A stretch of DNA of 64,000 bases from Octopus vulgaris. Lineage: Eukaryota. The stretch spans positions 49,972,001 through 50,036,000 of the forward strand of contig OX597833.1 in NCBI GenBank assembly GCA_951406725.2. Reading direction: 5' to 3'. Below the pieces are notes generated by a model. It saw only the letters and a list, made by a program, of their open reading frames with translations. It made no database searches and was not told where the DNA came from. This document shows, piece after piece, positions 1 through 14,091 of this stretch. The translations under genes were made by a program, and so were the position numbers. The stretch's first letter is position 1, and each line of letters starts with the position of its first letter.

Positions 1-1200
<1,200 letters not shown>

Positions 1201-1640
1201 ACGCGAGAAGTTGTTCTGTAATTTGATAAGAGTCAATTCTATATTGCATATATAATTTCCTTCAGGTTCAATTTCATGTGTGATATGTCACGGAACTGGA
1301 AGGAGAATGTGCCTAAAATGTGTACGTGCGTATGAAGGGGGCTTACATGTGTGGCTGTGTGCTTCGGTATGTTCGACTATGCGTCTGACTACGTATATCC
1401 ATGTGCATTTTTTACAGTACATACGATTTGGATATTCGCGTGTCGTTATCGAAGCTTCAATTTCAGGTATCTTTTAATTTCAGATACACTTTTATATATA
1501 TCCGCATAAAAGATTATTATCATTTCTATTGATAACATGCTATCCAAAAGATAGCGTTTTAGCGTGTATATACCGTTTACTTGTGTAGAATAGGCGTTAG
1601 AACCACTTGACTAATATTACAAACCTAAATTGAATTTATG

Positions 1641-1716
<76 letters not shown>

Positions 1717-1768
1717 AACACACACATTAATTGGGCTATCTACTATCTATCTATCTGTCTATCTATCT

Positions 1769-1985
1769 AACGTCATTTACTGTATCTCCTGTTCTTTCTG
1801 CCCTTCCCTGTATATCGGTCAAACGAGACGCCGCTTCCCTGACCGGTTTGCTGAGCACCTCCGGACATCTGATTTGGCAATAACACTCCGGTCTCGCGCC
1901 ATTTCCGCTCTACCGGTCATTCACAACAACATCTGTCTGTGTTCGGACTGTCCTTGCAATGGGCCATCCGGACTCCTGCCTTCAC
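1769..1985 (+). mobile_element. Penelope-like element (PLE) GIY-YIG endonuclease fragment, pseudogenised
   Basis: Translation from 1769 gives NVIYCISCSFCPSLYIGQTRRRFPDRFAEHLR. After a frameshift it gives DI*FGNNTPVSRHFRSTGHSQQHLSVFGL. This matches the VIY..C..C..YIGQT.R....RF.EH...PV..HF...GH signature of PLE GIY-YIG domains. Flanked by (CTAT)n and (CA)n. Confidence 0.88.
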
Positions 1986-2039
1986 ACACTCACACACACA
2001 CACACACACAAAGATCTTAAACGTTACTAACTATCTTGG

Positions 2040-2490
2040 TACAGGCGTGGCTGTTTGGTAAGAAGCTTGCTTCCTAACTACATGGTTCCGGGTTCAGACC
2101 GACTGACACCTTCGGCAAGTGTCGTCTGCTTTTAACCTCGGGCCAACCAAAACCTTGTGAGTGGATTTGATAGACGGAAACTGAAATAAGTCCATCGTGT
2201 ATATATGTATTCTTTTATGTGATTCAGTTATTTAACTGCAGCCATGCTGGAGCATTGCCTTTAGTCGAGCAAATCGACCCCAGGACTTATTCTTTGTAAG
2301 CCGAATACTTATTGTATCGGTCTCTTTTGCCGAACTGCTATGTTACGGGGACGTAAACACACCAGCATCGGTTGTCATATATATATTTGTCTGTTTTTGT
2401 GTCTTTGTTTGTTCCTCATCATCGCTTGACAACCGATATTGATGTGTTTGCGTCCCCGTTACTTATCGATTCGGCAAAAAGACCGATAGC
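2040..2490 (+). mobile_element. SINE family A, diverged copy, with an antisense 3' fragment of the same family (~2210-2378) nested in its central TA tract
   Basis: Head ggcgtggctgtttggtaagaagcttgc...ggttcag; the body resumes at ~2385 (tgtttgttcctcatcatcgcttgacaaccg). The intervening segment is the reverse complement of the family 3' half. Confidence 0.8.
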
Positions 2491-2531
2491 TATAATACGT
2501 GACTACATGTATGATTTAAATCATAGGTTAT

Positions 2532-3015
2532 CAGTGGCTGTGTGGTAAGTAGCTTGTTTACGAACCACATGGTTCAGTCCCACTGCGTGGCACTTTAGGG
2601 AAGTGTCTTCTACTATAGCCTCGGGCCGACCAAAGCCTTGTGAGTGGATTTGGTAGACGGAAACTGAAAGAAGCCCATCGTATATATGTATATGTATATA
2701 TATGTGTGCGTGTTTGTGTGTCTGTGTTTGCCCCCCCCCCCCAACTTCACTTCACAACCGATGCTGGTGTGTTTACTTCCTCGTAAATTAGTGGTTTGGC
2801 AAAAGAGGCCTATAGAATAAGTACTAAGCTTACAAAGATAGATAGATATATAGAAGAATAGACAAATATAAGAGAGAGAAGGGGAGGAAGTGGCGAGAGG
2901 GAGAGAGAGAAATAGAGAGAGAGAAATAGAGAAGTTGGGGTCGATTTGCTCGACTAAAGGCGGTGCTCCAGCATGGCCGCAGTCAAATGACTGAAACAAG
3001 TAAAAGAGTAAAAGG
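2532..3015 (+). mobile_element. SINE family A, near full length, interrupted by GA-rich microsatellite
   Basis: gtggctgtgtggtaagtagcttg head; ends ggcggtgctccagcatggccgcagtcaaatgactgaaacaagtaaaagag. Confidence 0.9.
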
Positions 3016-3652
3016 AGTATGACAATAACTTTTAAAAGAATCTTTCTTTCAACATGGCGACTGTATTAAATATGATTTCCAAAAGCTTTGAGAGAGAGAC
3101 AGACAGACAGACACACACACCCACACACTCATACATACACACACACACACAAACACATATGCACATGTATATCATTATATTTTGTTTTCATTGGTTGTCA
3201 TTGCGTGTTTCTATGATGATTTTGTTTCTTTTTAAGTATTGGCATCATGACGCTACAGTATTGTTGCTTTTGCACTTTGAACTTAAATTCTGCACTTGTT
3301 TATATTTCCTATTATTCTACGCTTTTATTTCATTCTAGAATAGCCTGGTTATCCGCAGAGATTGAGGCCAGCCATTCATTGAACTTCATTGCATTGTCTC
3401 ATTGTTTTAACTGTCAGACAATTAATGTATCTGTTTTTAATTGTGGGGATTTCCAGTAAGAATAACAGATTGCAAACGCATTGTTAAACAGAATCTATAG
3501 ACATCGCCGGCAGAAAGAATGTTCTCATCCCATTGTGTTTTTATTCAATGATTCTCCTTTGCAGAAAAGTTTGTAAAATATGATTTATAATGAAAGAGAT
3601 ATTAAGCACAAAATTCTTCATTTAAAAAAGCTAATGAATTAAGTTTCTTTAC

Positions 3653-3714
3653 CTGGATTTATAGCTGTAATGATGAATTTGAACCCTTTTCCACGTGGAC
3701 CCGTAGCGTCTGAG
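3653..3714 (-). CDS. Internal coding exon encoding the C-terminal end of a CUB domain (xSDATGPRGKGFKFIITAINP); host gene unidentified, possibly CUB-LDLa type
   Basis: Minus strand shows acceptor tttctttcttgttttacag, a 62-nt exon and donor CAG|gtaaag. The phase 2 to phase 1 reading gives S-D-x7-G-F-x-F-x-I-T-A, the CUB terminal-strand motif. A phase-1 exit is typical of CUB module boundaries. Confidence 0.72.
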
Positions 3715-3940
3715 CTGTAAAACAAGAAAGAAATCAATGAGTTGCTTGATATGAATTCAGTCACTTATAAATTTCTGTTTTAAACGGAATAAAAACAAGT
3801 TACATACTAACATTCAATCGGAAAAATGATTCCGGGAAGACTGGAGATATATAAAAAGATACGGAGAAGAACAAGCGTGAAACAGAACAAAGCAAAATAT
3901 ACAAGAAGTAAAGAAGTGGAAAATGAAACAACGACAACCA

Positions 3941-4104
3941 TAGGGGCAGGAGTGGCTGTGTGGTAAGTAGCTTGCTTACCAACGACATGGTTCCGGGTTC
4001 AGTCCCACTGCGTGGCATCTTGGGCAAGTGTCTTCTGCTATAGCCCCGGGCCGACCACTGCCTTGTGAGTGGATTTGGTAGACGGAAACTGAAAGAAGCC
4101 TGTC

Positions 4105-4162
<58 letters not shown>

Positions 4163-4365
4163 TTGTCCCCCTAGCATTGCTTGACAACCGATGCTGATGT
4201 GTCTACGCCCCCGTCACTTAGCGGTTCGGCAAAAGAGCCCGATAGAATAAGTACTGGACTTACAAAGAATAAGTCCCGGGGTCGATTTGCTTGACTAAAG
4301 GCGGTGCTCCAGCATGGCCGCAGTCAAATGACTGAAATAAGTAAAAGAGTAAAAGAGTAAAGAGT
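3941..4365 (+). mobile_element. SINE family A, full-length young copy (tRNA-derived head, CORE-like tcttgggcaagtg segment, internal (TA)n(TG)n, (GTAAAAGA)n tail)
   Basis: A-box-like tggctgtgtggt and B-box-like ggttcagtccc; near-identical to copies at 26877, 32310 and 50770. Confidence 0.95.
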
Positions 4366-5226
4366 ATAGTCAACGGCTGCATAACCAGTGGCTGGTGGTT
4401 TCTAAAGTTTTGTTTATTTAATAACTGGGTTCGAAACCACGTGGAAGCAAAGCGAGCGTAATTGAAAAGCAAGCTTGTTAGCACATAGCCACGCCTGCAC
4501 CTATACAAGTTTTTAAATTATTACAGATATACTTGTTGATTTATAGTCTGTGGATATTGATATAGAAATTGTAAACATTACTTTTATAAATTGAAACTAA
4601 TGGACACAACAATATCTGTTATTAATCGATTAAATCGCCATTGTGAAGCTGGAATTACTTTTACTGTGAAATCCATAACAGGGGAAGCGGGAAAAAGCCG
4701 TATATATAATTTAAATATATTTGGAATTATTTAAAGTCACCCAAATCGTGTTTCTAATAACTATGGATAAACAACAAAAACCGATAAATGAGAGGTTGAA
4801 TATATCTTAGTGTAACCATAAAGACACAACTATAAAATTTAACGGCATGAAAGGTATAATGTAAATAAATTAATATAATAGATTCTATTTAGAGTAAACA
4901 CAACTAACTTATTAAACTCATGGACAGGAATGAAAGAAAAATAATAGACTTATTCAATCGTTTCAAGTTCAAAGCTGTAAATTGTTAAGAAAATATTTAT
5001 CTCAACATTTCAATAAAATATCGCCAATTTACTCTTTCCTGTAATCGTAGAGAAACGCTTATATGTGTATTTGATTATATATGAAAATATATCACATCAG
5101 GAATGATCACACGTATGTACATTCACTCATACATGCACACGTAAATAATTATACATAAACAATAATGTATATACATAGACACACGGATACAGAATTATTC
5201 ATACATACATACATACATACATACAT

Positions 5227-5257
<31 letters not shown>

Positions 5258-5552
5258 TATATATACATACATAGATACATAAATATATACACACATACAT
5301 ATATATATATATTACATATATTTTCGTGTATATGTATTTATATACGCATATCCATTGATATATGTGTATCTATATGCATATATAAGTGTGTACATACATA
5401 AACATACAGAAACAGAATTATACATGCATACATACATATATATCTATATATTTTCGTGTATATATGTATTTATATACGCATATCCATTAATATAAATGTA
5501 TCTATATGCATATGTAAGTGTGTGTGAGAGCGATTTTGTGTGTGTGAGTGTA

Positions 5553-5634
<82 letters not shown>

Positions 5635-5893
5635 GCATATATGTAAGCACGTATGTATATATATTTACTCACTGTCTATCTCTCTCTCTGTGTCTATTGC
5701 TTTCCGTCTTTCTCTCTCTTAAATTACACACGCATACATATGCATTGGCGTAGAGTATTAGAATCGATGAATTAATAAATAATTCGGTTACATTTCTTAT
5801 CAACTCAATTTAAATAAGACATACATATATATATATTATACTCATATACGCTTACATATACTCACACATATACTACTACTTAAATAATATTAC

Positions 5894-6012
<119 letters not shown>

Positions 6013-6439
6013 CACATATACACACATATACGTATGTACATGTCTCTCGTACATAAATACATACATATACACTCAGAAAAGTACAGTCAATGAATTTATA
6101 ATTTGATCATATATTTTATTAATTCAATTTAAGTAATATATATGTGCATTCTTTTTACTCCCAAATGCGCATGTAATCCTAGAAACACATAAGAACACAC
6201 ACATACACACACAGAGGCAATGAACACATGCTTACACACATATCTTCATATGTGTGTGTGTGTATATCTATGTCAATATATATGTTTATAAGTGTCTGTT
6301 TCCATATACTTATGAATATGTGTTTATATGAACGTACCAAAATATGCTAATTAAATCAAGTCGATAATGTACATATAATCGAATTATTTAATAAATGTTT
6401 AATTGTACCTTTCTATGCGTGTAGACTTGCGTGCTGAGA

Positions 6440-6851
6440 GCAGCTGGCGTTTTATATATATACGCGTACCTCCTCCACAAGCTCTCTCTCAAGAAACGCA
6501 AGCGGACAGCAACTACACCTGCAGCCTGGATGTAAATCCTAAATACACTAGCATTCCACAAGCTGTAACCTTATACACGAATAGCATAAATAAGCCGAGA
6601 AATAGGAAAAGAGGTTTCCGGTAGACAGACATCAGATTCCTTGCGGAGGTCTTTCTCGGCAACTATTGTTTATGTGGAAATGCATCGTCCACCGTTAATT
6701 TAGCAACTTCCTGAAGAGGCCCAAACTTAGTGAATTTCTGGCCATCTTTATTATATCATATGACCTATAGTACAAGCTAGTGCTATTCAGGTGACACATA
6801 CAATGGTGAATTTATGAAACCGAAAGCGCTCGCAAGACGTTTACAATATAA
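6440..6851 (+). other. Candidate first exon of a plus-strand transcript (TATA-like element ~6451, donor AA|gtaagt at 6852)
   Basis: Unique, higher-complexity island. It has an E-box cagctg and tttatatata upstream, a perfect GTAAGT donor, and a strong downstream acceptor ttttcatttatctttttag ending at 7456. Confidence 0.3.
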
Positions 6852-7078
6852 GTAAGTCGATTATTTATTAGTAAAATTAACTTAGCAAATAATTAATTAA
6901 CTATTGTCTTGGTAAATATTTTATTTCTACTCAGTCTACACATTTGTAATAAAATTTTATTTACTATTATACGGTTCTGTCCAACTCCTCTATTTCTCTC
7001 TCTTCCTCTCCCCACTTCCTTCTCCCCCTCTCTCTTCTATATGTCTATTCTTCTATCTATCTATCTATCTATCTATCT

Positions 7079-7110
<32 letters not shown>

Positions 7111-8613
7111 GCGTTCTTACGTAATTGTATGTATATGCATGTGTAAATGTGTGTATATATATATACTCGCATATGAAATAGAAAGACAGATATAAATAAA
7201 CATATAGGTGTCCTTATATCGTATATAAATGCATGTAAAAATAGAAGAAATGAATGTGTGTGAGTTTATGTGCGTGTGTGTTTATGTGTATGATCTTAAA
7301 ATACTAATAGTTTTAGTAATTACTGCAATTTGTTTCAAAATTTTAGCCGTACATGTAGCAGTCTTGGAAATCAATGGTTTTAAAATATTTTATTCATATA
7401 AGTTTTCTATCTCTGCAAATGTTACTGCCCAACCTTATTTTCATTTATCTTTTTAGGTGAACAAATTTAGAGCAGAAAATACCATACTTTTGCAAGGGAC
7501 AAATATGACAAATTTTGTTATAATTATATTAGTTTGCAAAGGGTTAAATTTGGCATGAATTCATGTACAGTCTGTTGCAAATATTTTATGATCTATACGT
7601 TAAACAATAAAGTGGCTGCTGTCCTTCTCGTCAGATTTCTAAAGGAATGGTTATGTTGGTGATACCTTTAATTGGATTGTTTAGCACTAAGCCAATATGA
7701 GATAGACAGGAATTATCTGTATCATAAGACAATCTATAAATTAAAACTTTGAGTAAGAGGTTTACTTGAAGAGAGAAATTATTACCATTAGTACAATTTT
7801 ATTTTATGATTTGAAACAGGATTATATATTAATATCAATTATATTGATATTAATATATTATATATTGATATTAATTAGTAAATATAAATACAATTATTTC
7901 AAGACACGCACATATATATATCTGCATATACATATATACGCGTGTATGTGTATTCACTCACACATAAACACACACGTGCTCGCGTACGTGCGTATGTATG
8001 TATGTAAGTGCGTTCCGCAGTTTATTATACATGTATAATATATACGTATATATACATGCGTATATGTATGTATTTATATATGTATGTATACATATATATT
8101 ATGTATCTATATAAGAATGTATGTATACATGGCAGAATAAATAGTTAATTAAGTGTGTATCAAATTCAATTTATAAGCTATTTCTCCATTTTATATAAGT
8201 ACATATTCATAAGAAAAATATATAATTTCATCGAAATATTTTATAATGTAACTCCGATATGATTCCGAAATTAAAAGTTGAATTAAGTGCGGATTTCGGA
8301 ACATTGATGATCATCTACCGGATTTAAATTTATAACATAAATTTTTAGTTAGTTTTATACGTTAATGATGTTAGTATCAGTGGTACTTATAGAATAAAAT
8401 TAAAATGCAGTTCTATTTTGAAAATCCATATTAATCCTATATCATCCCTTCGTATAAGTCATTGGTTTCGAATTTTGTAATATTGCTATTGTTTAAAAAG
8501 CCGATCAAGAAGGAAAATAGAAAAAAACATTTCCATTATTTAATTAATAGACATGATTGCGTTCATACAAACACACATACGCACGCATATATATTATAGA
8601 CCTTGTTATATAC

Positions 8614-8658
<45 letters not shown>

Positions 8659-8662
<4 letters not shown>

Positions 8663-8880
8663 GTAAATGTAATATGTGACAATTATTCGGTGGCCAAGAT
8701 AAAACTCTGAGTTACGGATACCGAGGTGGAAATCCACGCCACCATCTCTTCAGTTATCCGAAACTCGGAGTTTTATCTTGGCTACCGAATAATTGTCACA
8801 TCTTACACTTACAGATGAATTCCTCTGTTTATATAATATCGAGGTCCCTTTCTTTCTCTTGTTATCTTACCTTTTTACCA
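8659..8880. mobile_element. (TA)n-embedded fold-back module, probably a PLE terminus; 62-bp inverted arms 8659-8720 / 8755-8816
   Basis: Arms atctgtaaatgtaatatgtgacaattattcggtggccaagataaaactctgagttacggata and its reverse complement with a few mismatches; CTGAAGA on the minus strand in the spacer. Confidence 0.7.
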
Positions 8881-9556
8881 ATATATATACAACACACACA
8901 CATATATATATATAAAACCTTCATCCTTCGTCTGATACGAAAGTCTATCGACTTATTCATCTACTGCCTCTATTACATCAATATATTACGCTTCCAAAAC
9001 GTGATACATAGATGCTATAAGGGTTTTACTTGCTGTTTTACGATGGAAAGAGTTTGCAATGTCGGGAATATTTGCAGTGTATATAACTAATAACTCTATT
9101 CTATTCTCCAGACGGTAACAAAACTACCATTTCTTAGCATTCTTAGCAAGGTAATTATTTTCTTCGGTAGAATACCCAATATAAGGACTACTTCGATCGA
9201 TAGGTCGTGTCATGTCAGGTCAGGTTTTGTTGAAATTCAGTCAATAAAGGGAAATGGTATATATTCAAATATTCAAGATGGATGTAATTGATATTTTTCA
9301 ACGACCTTCTGATGAGCCAGTACAATATTATTGTTTTGTTATAAGGAAACAGCTAGTTTATATTACTTACACTATCTCATTAGAATCAATAGCATAATCA
9401 TTCGTGATATTGCTTAATACGATATGACAAGATACTGATTACTATCTTATATCATTCAGGACTTCGGGTGAAGTTACATTCTGCCATGCATATATATTTG
9501 TGTGTGTGCGCGTACGTGTGCACATGTATATAAATATATATATATATACATTTATA

Positions 9557-9626
<70 letters not shown>

Positions 9627-9651
9627 TGTATATATATATATATATATACGA

Positions 9652-9690
<39 letters not shown>

Positions 9691-9707
9691 TGTATCTATA
9701 TAAATGA

Positions 9708-9739
<32 letters not shown>

Positions 9740-10342
9740 GTGTATATGTGTGTGTGTATGTATATATACATATGTACATATATGTATATGTATATAACGG
9801 TAAAAATTTATGTGCAGAACAACGTATACATGCACACATAAATCTTAGTGTGCATATATGTGTGTGCACGTGTGCGTGCGTGCTCACGTGTGCGTGTGCA
9901 TGTGTGTGTGTGTAAGCATATATGTATAACACACGTTATACATATATTTCTCGTATATGTTTAAATATAGTCAAATATGTACTAGTAGAGAGTAGTCACT
10001 CACTTTTACTGATGTGTGTAGATGCACTCTTACATGTATGTGTAAGTACTCATAAATATCGATTTATGTATGCAGACACACACACGTACATATACTTGTA
10101 CACACACGGTAGATGAGATCAGGAAAATGTAGACTTCTGTATACGAGTGAAGCTGAAGGTATGTATCTATACAGTGTGTTGTTATATCAAAAAGTCCTTA
10201 AAGAGTCGGGTTTACATACATAATACATACATGCATACAAACATACATACATACGGACATACATACATACATACACACATCTATCCATTCATTCATCATA
10301 TATATTACGTGCATACATATGTAGAAAATATATATATATAAC

Positions 10343-10598
10343 AATATTAGGGAGTATAACTCCAAACTTACAGGGAAAAATTCAATTTAGTATTAAATCA
10401 AACTTCACGATATAAATATATAATATATATAAATTAGAGAAAAACCACTATTATGCAATTCAAACAATGATAGACATAAACTATATCATATAGAAATATC
10501 ATAAACCATATCATATCATTCTATATGATATGGTTTATCTCTAACATTGTTTGAATTACATAATAGTGGTTTTTCTCTAATTCATATATATTATATAT
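10343..10598. mobile_element. (TA)n-associated module (tattaggga...ccaaacttacagggaaaaa family) ending in an ~80-bp inverted repeat
   Basis: Homologous to 12518-12785 and 24600-24860; arms ~10416-10495 / 10519-10598. Confidence 0.75.
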
Positions 10599-10689
10599 GT
10601 ACATACACACACACACACACATATATGCCTACTGTGTGTGTGTGCACCTTTGTGTGTATGTGTGTATTTGGGTGTGAATATACATTTTC

Positions 10690-10930
10690 ATTTTAACATC
10701 AACCTTTCCACGATTGCATAGGTCAGACAAAATTCTTTTGAGGCAGATTCTTTTACTAGCGGATGCGCTACCTATCACCAACGTTCATCTCTTTCAAAGC
10801 AGCGTTATACTTCCTTCATGGCTGGTGAAGCTAGACATGTTTTCACAGCTCATTCAAAATGATCAGCGTCGCTTTTATGACGATGTCCCTTCACTTACAA
10901 CTATCGCTCAATGTCAAAGCAAGGAGTTAC
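10690..10930. mobile_element. Degraded interspersed repeat (ggatgcgctacctatcaccaac motif, resembling RTE-associated ends)
   Basis: Resembles the ggatgcccttcctgtcgccaacc motif recalled from RTE-type elements; single diverged copy here. Confidence 0.35.
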
Positions 10931-10979
10931 ACACACACACACACACTCACTCACAGAGTCGCATATATAATTTTTTTAG

Positions 10980-11490
10980 TTTCTTATATCGTTATTGCCC
11001 ACTAGGGACTAAACATAGAGAGGACAAACAAGGACAGGCAAAGGGATTAAGTCGATTATATCGACCCAGTGCGCGAGTGGTACTTAATTTATCGACACCG
11101 AAAGGATGAAATCAAAGTCGACCTCGGCTGAATTTGAACTCAGAACGTAAAGACAGACGAAATACCTATTTCTTTACTACTCACAAGGGTCTAAGCATAG
11201 AGAGGACAAATGCAGACGAAATACCGCTAAGCATTTCACCAGCCGTGCTAAGGTTTCATATTTCTTTATTACACGCATGGGGCTAAACATAAAGGGGACA
11301 AACAAAGACAGACAAAGGGATTAAGTCGATTACATAGACCCCAGTGCGTGACTGGTACTTAATTTATCGACCCCAAAAGGATGAAAGGCAAAGTAGACCT
11401 CGGCGGAATTTGAACTCAGAACATAAAGACAGGCGAAATACTGCTAAGCATTACATCCGGTGTGCTAATGTTTCTGTCAGCTGACCGCCT
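10980..11490 (-). mobile_element. SINE family B, tandem multimer (~3 units)
   Basis: Repeated reverse complement of gagttcaaattccgccgaggtcgactttgcctttcatcctttcggggtcgataaattaagtaccag (Meta/MESC-like central domain). Confidence 0.9.
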
Positions 11491-12191
11491 TTCAGTTTTT
11501 TCAGTTTCTGCCTGCCAAATTCGCTCACAAAGTTCTGGTCGACTCGATTGTAGAAGACATTTGTCCAAAGTACCACGCCCTACCAAGCTGGGAAGCGGAC
11601 ATTTTAACCACATGTATTCCTGTCAGGTCATATTTTTATATTAACATTTACGATGGGATACATCCATAGATTTTAGTCATCACTGCAATCGTACACAAAT
11701 ATATATTTGTTAGACACATTGGGCACATGACAGCATCTATCATACTTATACAACTGCGATGTGGACAGTTAAAGAGAATCCACTGAATTATATAGTCCTA
11801 CAGGGATCATCACTCACACACATAACCACACCGACCCACATACATGCATATACGTGCATATTTACACACAAGATCACAAAATTACATTGCCATATATGCA
11901 GTATATGTATGTAAGCATATAGATATATAAATATCGGCAAAACATTTTTACATACACATTTAGAGGTTCATATACACCACCTTCCTCTTTCACTCTCTCT
12001 CGTCATAGATATTAATATATATATATATATATATATATCAATATCAACAAACAAACACAAACACATACATATGTAATTATACATACATATACACGTGTAT
12101 ACATATATACATATACGTATATATATGCATATATATACATATACATATATATATATTACACACATATTCATATACATACATACATACATAT

Positions 12192-12242
<51 letters not shown>

Positions 12243-12259
12243 TATACATATATATATAA

Positions 12260-12400
12260 GAAGGAAATAAGTTGAACTGTTACCAGTGAGTGTGTTAAAT
12301 TTCAAGGCACAAAAAGAGATTGACTCTCCCCACACACAACAGTATATGCCTCAACACACGAACTCACATCAAGAATCTTGCAAACCAAATCCCAAAACGT
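12260..12400. mobile_element. Short interspersed module family E (ttaccagtgagtgtgtt...tcaacacacgaactcac...atcttgcaaaccaaatcc)
   Basis: Homologous copy at ~27952-28090 and a reverse-complement copy at ~36518-36625. Confidence 0.7.
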
Positions 12401-12435
12401 AACATATATGTATATATACATAAATATACATATAT

Positions 12436-12515
<80 letters not shown>

Positions 12516-12517
12516 AA

Positions 12518-12772
12518 TAAATATTAGGGAATAAATCCAAATTTACAGGGAAAAAATCAGATTTAGGATTAAATCCAATTTTATAGTAAAATATTATATA
12601 ATATTAATTCGAGACAAAACCACTATTTTGCAAAACAAACAAGGAAAGACTTAATCAATACATAAAAATTTTTAATATAAAGAAATAAATATTATTTCTT
12701 TATATTAAAAATTTTTATGTATTGATTAAGTCTTTCCTTGTTTGTTTTGCAAAATAGTGGTTTTGTCTCGAA

Positions 12773-12785
<13 letters not shown>
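12518..12785. mobile_element. (TA)n-embedded module with a perfect 94-bp-arm palindrome (12595-12785, 3-nt spacer centred on 12690)
   Basis: The arms read as exact reverse complements by eye; flanked by (TA)n on both sides. Confidence 0.9.
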
Positions 12786-12831
<46 letters not shown>

Positions 12832-13592
12832 CATACATACACACACATACACACATATATATATAATCAGTCAAAAGCACAAACGTCATTCTCATGTGAA
12901 GGACGAGACGACCACAAAAACTTCAGTTTGTTCTTTACAGAAAAAAAAAAGGAATTCTCTATCACTGCTACTCAGTGACAAGTTAAACTTAATATATATC
13001 TTGCAGTTGATTACGATGCAATGAAATACTAGGCAAGTAAATTATTCAAATAAGAAATAAATCCTATTCTCAGACATTGCTGTAAAATATCTGGTATGTA
13101 AAAAATATAAAAAATATTCTGTAAATTGTGCTATATTGAAAATGTTTCAGAGATATGATTAGTTAGACAGTGACAGGCAACTACAAGTTACTTCCGGTAA
13201 TAAAAATTTTCTCTGGCGTATTTGTTTTCATGGTTGGTTCGGGCTATTGTTTACCATTTTCGTGACAAAGCTTCATAGGGAATCCCGCACAAAGCTTCTT
13301 GTCTTCAAATCAGTGTTGGAGTATTTATCGTCGTCTGTAAACTCTTACACAATGATTCTTGTGAAACGATAAAAATATTTGCTAACAAGGGAGGTGGGCA
13401 GAATATGATCAGAATACAGGAAGTGACGCTCGAAAAACTGCTGTGCCGATGTGTTTTTGAGATCCTTCGAGTGTGTTCGTATGTTTGTGCATGTATGTGA
13501 GTGTGTCGAAGCTAATGTCGAATATTTTCGAGGGTTTCTTAAAATACTAGAATTTCCTTCGCAGACTACATAAACATAATATTCCAATTCAC

Positions 13593-13692
<100 letters not shown>

Positions 13693-13937
13693 TGTGTATG
13701 TATGTATGTATGCATGCATGCATGTATGTATGTATGTATGTATGTATGTATGTATGTATGTATGAACCAATTTAAATGTCATGATTAGTGAAACCCGAAA
13801 CGGTCGGCTATCATAATATTCTATCCTTTAAAATATATCAAAAATATATAAATTATATGCATTTTTCTTCTTTTATTGCATATGTTTTCTCAACAACTCA
13901 CCACGCGAAAAGAATGTCGTCAACGAAATTCTTTTCT

Positions 13938-14019
<82 letters not shown>

Positions 14020-14091
14020 TATACATATACATACACACCCGATCCCACACACACACACGCATACACACACATATATATATATATATATATT

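Noticed and set aside
1418-1466. Plus-strand AG...GT bounded 49-nt segment
   Set aside because: Weak donor (gtatct), all frames uninformative, no partner exons.
3800-4177. Recurrent ORF RQASFSFRLPNPLTR.WSARGYSRRHLPKMPRSGTEPGTM (also 27623, 32497, 50762)
   Set aside because: Antisense translation of SINE A, not a gene family.
5180-5525. ~130-bp local tandem duplication
   Set aside because: Lies within degenerate microsatellite; ordinary slippage or duplication.
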